From Glaucostegus cemiculus (Eukaryota): a stretch of DNA of 64,000 nt. The notes under the pieces were generated by a model. The model ran no database searches and had not been told where the DNA came from. It saw only the letters and a program-made list of their open reading frames with translations. Numbering within the stretch: the stretch's first letter is position 1; every line of letters begins with the position of its first letter. The position numbers and the translations under genes were made by a program. The DNA lies in contig CDPCPM010000078.1 of NCBI GenBank assembly GCA_976551045.1, positions 6,634,001 through 6,698,000 of the forward strand. Reading direction: 5' to 3'. Below, piece by piece: positions 1 to 10,140 of the stretch.

Positions 1-359
1 GTTTATTCCACCAGCGGGAATCTCATTTCAATATTGGGAGAAAAACTAATTTGGGACCTTCCTGCTTCCAAGTCATTGAACAAGTCTGGGGAGGGGGAAG
101 AGGAACAATTGTATTTTTCATACAAATATATTTCTCAAATATCAATCTTGGAAAATTTGATGATATAATAAGGAACATTTCAGAAACTATGCCAAATATA
201 TAAAAAAATAAAAACAGATGGGGGCTTTCATGTTTTGAGCCAGCTTTCTGCAGAGATTACTCTCTATATTATGAGTCAGTTGTATGTATTTAATTTTCCT
301 CCATCAATTCCAACATCTTTGCCGGAAACTGGAATCTCAGGATTTAAAGAGATATCTGT

Positions 360-517
360 GTTATCGAGTTAGAGCTGCACAGCACAGAAACAGGCCCTTC
401 AGTCCACCAAGTCTATGCCAACATTTTCACACAACTGCACTAATCCCATTTGCTGCACAAGATCCATTTCCTTCTATACCTTGCCTATTTAAATGCCTGT
501 CTAAATGTCTCTTAAAA
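360..517 (-). mobile_element. CR1-type LINE 3' end fragment
   Basis: Reverse complement contains the typical CR1 3' terminus (gaagggcctgtttctgtgctgtgc) and tttaagagacatttagacagg. Confidence 0.7.
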
Positions 518-1108
518 ATTGCCATCACCATTTATATAAAGTTCTCACCGACTGAACCAATTCACAAATGGGATTACCTGGCATGGCAAACTGATAACAC
601 CGATCATTTTCAGGTCCAGAGTGGGCCTCAACAGTCCAACATGTGGGCAGTATCTGCTGTACCTATATTATATAGAGAAATATGCCAGTTATATGCATTA
701 TGAGAGAAAAAAGGTCCATGGCATTAGTTTCTTTGAAAGTGTAAGAAAATATCCAACACTCTGCCAAGCTCAATAACCCATTATGTACGTTTGATTGAAG
801 TAAAAGCAAAAGACCTTTGGAGGACACTAACTATAAGTTAACATTTAATAGAAATACTTTATTGAATTTAAAACTTGTCAGTCTCCACTCAATCCTCCCC
901 TAATGCTTCCCGCCCCTCTAAGATCCAAGTGAGGACTTGGGCTCATGAGCCAATTGGTAGGGATCAAGTGACAGATGAAATTTGGTGGAAATTCCAGCTC
1001 AGACAAAAAGACAGTGGGGATGCCTACTATCTCACATTTGCAATCATATTTTACAAAGATTCCTGGGTGGTGTAATGGACCACCAATAACAAAAAGAGTC
1101 CTTAACAA

Positions 1109-1259
1109 CTGAAACAAAAACAGAAATTCTGGAAGAACTCAGCCACTCAAGCAGCATTTGTGGAAAGATAAACCAACTAACATTTCAGATGCTGCTTGTG
1201 TGGCTGAGTTCTTCCAGCATCTCTGTTTTGTTTCAGATCCCAGTTTTATTTGTTTTCCA
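1109..1259 (-). mobile_element. Penelope-derived hairpin element (non-autonomous), copy 1
   Basis: Arms 1109-1160 and 1186-1236 are near-perfect inverted repeats; flanked by tccttaacaa (1099-1108) and tccttaaaaa (1260-1269). Confidence 0.75.
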
Positions 1260-2511
1260 TCCTTAAAAATTGGTCTCATACCAGCCTCCTGCTATATCTC
1301 AATCAATGCAAGACCCAGTACATTATCTCTCCAAGTAGTTTGACTCCTCCTATCTTCAGGTGAACATAAATCAGTTCAGCAAGTGCTACTGTGCATCAGC
1401 ACACCATGAAATCCACTTTGCACTGATGCAAAGCAGTGGTACAATTGGCTCACAAACAAATGTTAATGCAAATTGTTTTGCATGAAATTCATTCCTCTCC
1501 TCGGTTCATGCCATTGTTAATCTTGGAACCAAACCAACCCTCACTTGTGCTATCAATTACTCTGTTTGGTAATGAAGGCAATGAAGTAAAGACAAAAGGG
1601 ATGAAATGAGATGTCAACAGTTACCAGGATTAATGGAAATCCATGGAGAATTTGTCATTCTGTAAATATTGCACACATGTTGGACAGTGTGTAGTTGCTG
1701 ATTATGGAAAAGTGACTGCTTAATCTGAGAGAAATGGTTCACAAACAAATCTATTTTAAACTGCAAGGATCCTGTAAATCTAAAAAGTGTGATGGAAATC
1801 AAAGAGAATGGAGCTGGTGAGCAGTGGGGCAGGAAGTGGGGAAGGAAGAAGGAAGAGGATGGAAGGGAAAGAGAATGGAATGAGAATGATAGGAAGAATA
1901 AGAGAAGGGGTCAAGAATCGCATGAGTTGCAGAGAGTAGAGAATGGGGTGACCTTGTCCTCTATATTGGATCACATAGCAGAAATTAATCCAGTTTTGTC
2001 TGTGCTTGTTTCTGTTAATATTCATCAGTTATGTTTGCTCATATTTATTAAATTGTATTCTCTACCATCATAGGCTGTCATATTGTATAAGATTTAAAAC
2101 TTACTGTTGGCCTTTTTAACCTGACATCAGTTTAAAAATTAACAATGCACCAAAACACTTGTCAGCCAGGGCTTCTGAACCTGCAAGTGAAGGTGTTCTT
2201 GGATGTGGAGTCAGCTACTTGGAACAATTTTCTTCATTCTGGTCCTCATTCTATTTAAACTGTGATTCAAAAAGGGCACAAAATGTTTGTCCTCTGTTCC
2301 CATTGTAATATCACTTGTCATAACAGTGATAACGATGATAAGTTAACAGAAAAGAATAAAAGGCCAGCAACTGCAAAATCACAGCAACAATTGTTACTTT
2401 TTTTTTTAAGGTGTCAGTCCTGAAATTTACTCTCTCTGCTCAAAGGCAGAAGGGCATTAAGTACATTCTGAAATAAACAAACAAACCATCTAGTCATAAA
2501 TAAACTCTGCC

Positions 2512-2863
2512 ATATTTTGCCACATTTACCTTCAGTGCCTCTTCCAATCAATGTCTGTCTGGTGAAGCATTGAGTCTTCAGCTGAGGGAAGGCAGTAAGT
2601 GATAACGAGCAATGTTTCCTTGCCTTGTATGACCTGATTTCATGACACTACATGGGATCTGGTCAATTTTGAAGACTCCCAGGGCCACTGCTTCCTCACT
2701 GAAGATCTACGTAGTGCCACCTCTGCTGGGTCGATCTTATCTTTAAAACCAGATGTATTCAGAATGGTGACACATAGATCAAAGACAGTGGATGATAGGT
2801 ATTCATCTGCGAGTATGACTATGTCATACTTAATGCTGTTGCCTGACATGTTATTGAGAGAGC
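2512..2863 (-). mobile_element. Degenerate LINE ORF2 APE-endonuclease fragment
   Basis: Minus-strand translation YDIVILADEYLS...RSHVVS*NQVIQGKETLLVITYCLPSAEDS resembles LINE endonuclease motifs (DIVILTE, LLITTYRPPS); stops and frameshifts present. Confidence 0.7.
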
Positions 2864-3375
2864 TAAGAGATCACATAATCAGCAGATCAGACCAAAACTT
2901 TGTAGTCCTGCCATATCCATTCATGAATGGTGGCAGACGAATTAACAATTAACAGTAAGAAGCTGGTCTTTAAACATTTCCAACCTCAATGATGGCAAAC
3001 CTCAAGATGAAATTGCAAAATACAAAACTGAAGAATTTACAATCATCTTTATCCAAATGTCTGATCCTTCCCAGGATGCTCCTGAAGACACCACCATCAC
3101 AGAAGCAAGACATCAGCTAATTTGATTTTAAGAACTGACCATGTGCATTGAACACAGTGGAGGTTATGAATCCCAATGCCCCAACTATGAACTAGTCATA
3201 GTTGCAGCTAAATTTTTCCATCATAATTGCAAAAGTGCCAACTGCACAATAATATGGAAAATTGCCCTGGTAATGTGCAATAACAAGCAGGAGAAGTCAA
3301 ATATGACCACCCCATCATCCTACTCACAATCATCAGTAAAGCGATGAAGGGTTTTGTTGAAAATGCAATCAAGTG
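2858..3375 (+). mobile_element. Degenerate LINE ORF2 linker / pre-RT fragment, apparently the same family as 2512-2863
   Basis: Decayed motifs: AAKFFHHNCKS...IWKIALVMCNNKQEKSN, followed by a shifted LLTIISKAMKGFV, matching the LAKLFQ..WKIAQV..KKQDKSN..NYRPISLLSIISKVME region before the RT core. Confidence 0.7.
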
Positions 3376-3514
3376 AAAAGTATTCACGAATAAATTGTTT
3401 ACAGGCTTAATTTTCATTCTGCTAAGACTACTGACCCTCAGATCTTATTATGGTCCTGTTCTAAAAAGGGCTGAATTCCCAGAAATTAGGTAGGAATGTT
3501 ACCCTGTTGACATC

Positions 3515-4049
3515 AGTACTGTGTACAGTTTTGGTCACCCTGTTATGGGAAAGATGTGGATAAAGTGGAAAAAGTGCAGAAAAGATTTATGAGGATGTTG
3601 CCAGGACTAGAGGGCCTGAGTTATAAGGAGAGGTGGGCCAGGCTAGGTCTTTATTCCTTGGAATGTAGGAGAATGAGGTTCGACCTTGTAGAAAGGCATA
3701 TGTAAGGTGGACAGTAACAGTCTTTTCCCCAAAATAGAAGTTTATAACTGGGGGGGGCATAGATTTAGGGTGAGGGGGAAAAAGATTTAAAAGGGGCCCA
3801 AGGGGCAAGTTTTTTTTTGTTTACGCTGAGGGTGATGAGTACATGGAACAAGCTGCCGGAGGAAGTGTCTGAGGCAGGTACAATAGTATCATTTAAGAAA
3901 CTACTGGATAGGGTCATGGAAGGATGGGGCTTAGAGGGATATGGACCAAGAGCAGGAAATTCGGACTAGCTGGGTGAGTATCGTGGTTGTCATGGACTGG
4001 TTGGGCTGAAGGGCCTGTATCCTGTATGCTGTATTGTTATATGACTATG
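3515..4049 (+). mobile_element. 5'-truncated CR1 LINE (ORF2 C-terminus and 3' UTR)
   Basis: YCVQFWSPCYGKDVDKVEKVQKRFMRMLPGLEGLSYKER; ends gggctgaagggcctgtatcctgtatgctgtattgttatatgactatga. Confidence 0.9.
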
Positions 4050-4391
4050 AAATGGGGGAAGGAATGGATGTGGGAGGAGAGAAAGAACTAGGGGAATGGA
4101 GAATATCCTGTTCATTCTAAACAGAAGACTGAAAAAAAAAGTGGTAAGAAAGTGGAACAAATGGAAGGGGAAATAGAAAATGGAACAAATGGGGAGTACA
4201 GAAGAGAACAGAAGCTGGAGAATGACTTGCTGTACCTGCATACAAGCCTTTAGCAATTCATGCACTGGATAAGGGGTGGTGGATGGGGAAGAATAGAATG
4301 GGGAAGGAAGAGAAACAAATGTGAATAAAGCAGTGGTACTGGAAATGGGAGAGAAGACAAAAGGTAGTTAATTGAAAAAGTAAGAAATACT

Positions 4392-5175
4392 GTGGATTAA
4401 GGGGAACCAGTGGATATTCAATAGTTAGAGCTCCAAAAAGCATCTGATGAAGTTTTGAATCAAAGGCTATTGTGAAAACTTACATGGTGTAGAAGGTAAT
4501 ATACTGGAATGGAGAGAAGTTTGGCTGGCAAACAGGAAACAGAGAGTAGGATGTTAATGCAGGGAGGTGGGATCACACTGATACCTGGAACAGGTAGGTT
4601 GCCTTATAAAGAAACGTTGGGCAGACTAGGCTTGTATCTGTTGAAATTAAGAGCAAGAGGGGACTTGATTGAAAGATATTAGATCCTGAAGAGTCTTGAC
4701 AGGTGAATCCTTTTGCTTTCACACAAACCTAAGCACAAACATATGAATTAGGATCAGGAGTAGGTCATTTGGCCTCTCAAGTCTGATCAGCAGTTTAATA
4801 AAATCATAGCTGATCTGATTGTAGTCTGGTTAATCCGATTCTACCCCCAGTAACCTTTCATCCCCTGGCCCTTATGAGAGGATATCAAACTAGGGGTCAC
4901 TGTTTAAACATAATGGGTTGGCCATTTAAGATAAAGATGAGGTGCAATTTACTTCCTTAAGGATTGTAGGTCTTTGGAACACTCTTCCTCAAAGGGTGGT
5001 AGAAGAAGAGTTTCTGAATTTTTTTTTAAGGCAAAGGTAGATGCATTCTTGATAAGCAAGGGAATGAAAGGTTACTGGGGTATAGGTTACAATCAGATTA
5101 GTCATGGTCTTATTAACCGGTAGATCAGGCTCAAGGGGTCAAATGGCCTTGTCCTGATTCTAATGTTTGTACTTA
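4392..5175 (+). mobile_element. Internally deleted CR1 LINE containing an inverted CR1 3'-end copy (about 4735-4867)
   Basis: GEPVDI..LELQKASDEV and HGVEGNILEWREVWLANRKQRV (RT region), then ORF2 C-terminus and 3' UTR; 4735-4867 is the approximate reverse complement of 5055-5172. Confidence 0.8.
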
Positions 5176-6104
5176 GGCTCATATTAAAGCAAAAGGATGA
5201 GAGAGAAGAAGGAACCGAGAAAAACAGCAAGGACCAACAACAGAAGAGTATTAGTGAGAACAGGGCATGGGTGAAAGAACAGAATGCTCAGAGAAAAGAA
5301 AGACAACAAGAGAATGAAGAGAAAAACAGTACGAGAAAAACATGAAAGGCACATGTGGAGAAGAATGGGAATGATCTAACACAGGCTGAATAAAAAGTAA
5401 GTTGATAGTATTGCATGATACTACAGCAACACTTGTGTTACTGCCAAAGTAAAACCTCTCCAACTGTTCTGTTTGTCCTGGTGCTAAAAATAAATCAATT
5501 TTAAAACTGTACTTGTTGGTTCCTGAAAAATATTCATTAGTAAACTAACTTCCTGATCTGTGTTTTGAACATGGAAAAATATAAGGAATGCAAAGGTTTA
5601 ATCTTTAGGCACAAGAGAAAAAACAACGTGAGCATTTCTTGCAAATATCAAGAGACCAAGCAAATCAGCGCACTCAGACAGATGAAGGATAATTCAGAGT
5701 TGGACCAATGAGAGCAATTACTACATTTAGAGTAACATACATCTAATTAGAGAGGAAGAAAAACATCTGTTTATGATCCATAATCAACTATCAATTCCCT
5801 ACTTAGATCAAAATACTTCCATCACATTAAAAGCTGTTTAGCTCTCAGTGTTATGGTTAAGCTGTCCAAGGCTCCAGACAGCAACTCAGCTAAGTGCCTC
5901 AATACTTCCAGAAAACAAAAACAAAATGAAGAACAATGATGTGTCTTTTAAAGAAAATTGGCTCCATTTCCATTTAGTTCCTGTCAAAATGATTTTATGT
6001 TTCAAAATGTTTATTCGTGTTGTGAACTTAATGTAATGCAATGTATTTTCACTTTAGAGCAAAAATACAAATAAAACACCCATTACAAATCTGCGAAAAA
6101 TGGT

Positions 6105-6745
6105 ATCATCAACACTTGCCTGCACTTAGTTCCCAAAATGCAGAAAAATGTCCTAAGGCACTTTGCAAGAGTGTTACCAAACTAAATCTGATAGCAGACC
6201 AGATATGAAATATTAGGGTAGGAAGCTTGAGGATCATCTTAAAGAATGAAAAAGACGCAGGACTGGAATAGAGGCTTGGTGAGGAAGAGAAATCTACCTA
6301 GAGCTTACTGCCTAGGTAGCTGATGCTTATGCCCATAAATAAGCGAGATTTTAAAATCAGAAATGTGCAAAAAGGCTGCATTGAAGGAGTATAGATACCT
6401 TCTTCCCACAAGCTATTAGAACTGTGAACTCCCTCATCCCTCCCACCAACACTTAAGGATGCTAGGCGTATAGAAACGCACCAGCACTTTAAATGTCCGC
6501 TGCCAGTACGCTTACTTTAAGATTATTTGTTTATTTAAGTTGTATAATTTAATTTTGGGGTTCTAATGTTTTTAGTGTCTCTCTGTCTGTGTTTTTCAGT
6601 GTCTGTTTCTCTTTTTTTAATGTGACGTGCACCTTGACCTGTAGAGTACGGTATTTTGCTCCTATGCATACTGTATGTGTATATGGTAGTGACAATAAAA
6701 CTGATTCTGGAGGATTGTAGAACTTTACAGAGATCTTACAGTTTA
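6105..6745 (-). mobile_element. Old L2-type 3' fragment interrupted by a plus-strand Rex1/Babar-type 3' fragment (about 6398-6710)
   Basis: L2-like 3' sequence continues on both sides of an insert reading FFPQAIRTVNS and ending gacaataaaactgattctg. Confidence 0.6.
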
Positions 6746-6984
6746 TGTACTGTAGATACCAAACCAAGTATACTTGTATTAGTGAATGTGTGGCTCCTTG
6801 TCTTCTTGGCTCAATAGCAAGGAAATGAAGATTGATAAGTTTGTTCAAACTTAGTCATTCCCTGTACACTTCAGGATTACCAATTCCATGAGAAAGCAAA
6901 TATTATTTCATTAAAAAAAACTTTACATTTATTGTTACTAACTAGTTTTGCACAGTGGGGAAAATGACAACAACATAACAGAGA

Positions 6985-7150
6985 GAACCTGCTGAATGAA
7001 TTCAGCAGCTTTGGCAAGATCTGTGGAGAAGGAAGTAGAGTTAATATTGTGGGTCAACCATCTTATGAAAACTGGATGGCTGATGAAGCATTAATTTTCT
7101 CTCTCCACAGGCACTACCTGAATTGGCAATGCTCCCAGTCTTTTCTATTA
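6985..7150. mobile_element. Degenerate Penelope-derived hairpin element
   Basis: ctgtggagaaggaagtagagttaa ... ttaattttctctctccacag inverted arms; CTGATGA at 7080-7086. Confidence 0.6.
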
Positions 7151-7529
7151 TCATATTGTTCTCAATCTATTTATTAAAGGGTCTGATACAATACAATGAA
7201 ATATCAATTTATAGCTGTAACTAATATAAAATTCCCTGTATTATAAATCATTCCCTTTTCTTCCCCCTTTCTTTTCCACAAGCTTCAAAATGAAGATCAT
7301 TGACTACAAGAGAACAGAATAAATTAATTACTAAATTACACAAAATACCACAGCTGTTGGTCACAGAAATAAAAGCATAAAAAGTTGGAAGTATCAATGC
7401 AGAGAGAAACAGCTAATTGGGACTTTATCATTTAATTAGATCCAACATGAATAACATAACAGAAGTATGAAGTTTTCAGGTCCAAGGTTAGGATGAACAC
7501 CCTGAAGTCCATCCTTTTTTAAAACATTT

Positions 7530-8155
7530 TTCAAGCTCTGAATATCACTCACTGGTCCATCAATTATTTCTCATCCTAACTGCCCTTGAGAAAGTGATAG
7601 CAAGCCACCTTCTTGAACCCCTGTGAAAATACTCCCATTGTGCTGTCAGATAGGGAGTGCTAGGATTTAGCTCCAGCGACGAAGGACCAACAATTTATTT
7701 CCAAATCACAATGGAGTGTAATTGGGAGAGTATTGCACTTGGTAGTGCTCACGCCCACATGCTGCCCTTGCCCTTCTTGGTGGTAGAGGTCACACATTTA
7801 GATAGTGCTGTCGGGGAAATGCCATCAAGTAACTGAATAGCATTTTGTAGATGATGTACATTAAAGCCATTGTGCATCAGTGGTTGTGGGAATGACCATA
7901 TTAGGTGGTGAATGGGGTGCAATCAAACAGGCTGTTTTGCTAGATGGTGTGTTGTGCTGAGTATTCTTGGAGATGCACTCATCCATGCAAGTGCTCCATC
8001 ACACTCCAGACGTGTGCCTTATATTTGGTGGAAAGGCTTTCATATGTCTTGAGGTGGGTTAGTTAGTGCAAGATACACAGCCTCTGGTGGCCACAATGTT
8101 TATGCGAGTGGTTCGCTTTCAGGTTCTGGTCAACAGCGAGTCTCCGGATGTTGAC
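7530..8155 (-). mobile_element. LINE 3' fragment (ORF2 C-terminus and 3' UTR)
   Basis: Reverse strand gives decayed KYKAHVWSVMEHL-like and AWMSASPRIL-like motifs; 3' UTR reads cctaactgcccttgagaaag...ccaccttcttgaac on plus. Homologous to 48690-49420. Confidence 0.8.
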
Positions 8156-8184
8156 CAATCCAAACGTATTACAAAACAATGTTA

Positions 8185-8325
8185 TATAGAATCAGAGTAA
8201 TATAGCACAGGAACAGACCCTTCAGCCCAATCCATCCAAACCGACCAAGGTGCCTATCCAGGCTAGTCCCGTATCTCTCTAACCTTTCCTATCCATGGAC
8301 ATAACCAAATGTATTTTAAATGGGC
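8185..8325 (-). mobile_element. CR1 3' end fragment
   Basis: atagcacaggaacagacccttcagcccaa is the reverse complement of the CR1 terminus. Confidence 0.65.
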
Positions 8326-9914
8326 TGACTACTTCAAATAGTTTCACTTGTTTAAGATGACTTTTGCATCCATAGGCAAACACCTTCATGAAAAGAAAGA
8401 AAATAACCTTTCAAACCTCTATGGACAATCCCAAAGTCTTTACACTACAGCCCAAGTACTGTGAAGGACCAGTGCTATAACACAGGAGATGCCAATTTCT
8501 GAACAGCATGGTGTCTTATTAAAAGCAGCATAACAATGATCAGTTAGTCTGTTATAATTACATGGGTTGACTACACATTCATTGTGTAAACCTTCATTTC
8601 AATAGGAAAGCTGAAGCAGGTTTGACTATGAGCCTTATTTGGCACATTAGGCAAGCTGCACAAGATCTCAGTGCCACATTTTCCAGCATAACTCTAGGGA
8701 GTTGGTCACTGCTGGAGCCAGGAGTCCAGTATTCCAGGTCTTGCATTTCTTCAATGTTGTTCCACAAGGTGCTTTATGAAGGCCACTGCAATCTTTTAAA
8801 GAGTACCTAAAAATCCTTTAAAGCATTTCTTAATTAGTGCCAAAAATATAATTCGTTCTATAAGATTGTCCAATGGTGAATTGGAGGGCTGGAATATGCT
8901 GAGAAAGCATTTGTAATTGTGTGTGGAATTACTGGTACCTCTCAGTACAAGTGCCACCAGGTTCAGGATTCTCAGCTATCTTGTACTTACTGTCGCACTT
9001 TGGTGCCTCCTTGTTCATGTTCCAACACTGGACTCGGGTTCCAGCAGATGAGGGTGAACTTGCTGCAGTTCCCTACAGTTATGCTAGAAAATGTGGTGCT
9101 AAGCATGATTGGCTAATTGTTAGACAATAAACATAATTCAACTTCTCTCAGAATAAATTAGAAAAGAGTGGCCTTAGGTAGTCTCAAAGGTCTTTTGCCA
9201 ATTTATGCTGACAAAGATCTTTTACTCTCTCTCAATATCTCAGAGGACTGACTTATTTAGAGACCCAAAATAAATTTAGATAATTCAATATTTTAAAAAA
9301 TTTAAAGCCATTGATAACTTCACTCAAAAACATCACATGCAAGTTAACTAAATCATTAATATTAATTTAACAAAAAGGAATAAAAACAAACTTCCTAGGT
9401 TCTTTTAACCCTTTAAATGGAGGTTGACTGCCTCATTCAAATGAATGAGGGCACACGGGATGTGTCAGCTCCAGATGGTAAAATATTGAGCGGCCAGGTT
9501 GAAGTGTATAGGACCCTTCAGTTCACCATGTTACAGAAATGCCTCCAAACTCAGTGCTGAGACCAGCAGTGGAGCAAGAGGCAGGTGTGACACATGCACT
9601 GCAGCCAACTTGCTCATTCTACATGGAAGCACTGACTAAAAATTAGCATGATGTAGCTCCTTAATTCTATACCTGCAGCAGAACTAGTGTAATGTGTTGA
9701 CAGTTTCAATGTTGTGACTCATCACTGATTATTTCCCTACCTCCTTCCGTGTATTCCATTAGTACCACCACGAACAAAGGCTTGCACTGGCCATTCATCT
9801 TAAGTCACAATGATTTATTTACAAAGAATCAATTTTAATAAGGATTATTTTTTTCAACAAGTGTTGCTTAGGTTTTATGGGTTGGCAATTGCACTTCTCA
9901 GACTAAAGATTGCA

Positions 9915-10140
9915 TACCTTTTGAACTCCCTTCCTCAAAGGACAGTGGAAGCTGTTACTTCGAACTATTTTCAAGGAAGAGGTAGATAGACTCTCAATAA
10001 GCAAGGGTCTAAGTTACTGGGAATAGACAGGAATGCAGAGTTGAGGTTGCAATCAGATCAGCCACAATTTTATTGATAGGCTGAGCAAGCTCATGGGGTC
10101 GAGGGTTCCACACTGCTCCTAATTCATATGTTTGTACGTT
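9915..10140 (+). mobile_element. CR1 3' end fragment
   Basis: Similar to 4970-5175 (gaactcccttcctcaaagg...caatcagatcagcc...ctgctcctaattcatatg). Confidence 0.75.

Noticed and set aside
284-703. 139-aa ORF
   Set aside because: Runs through an antisense CR1 tail; no protein signature.
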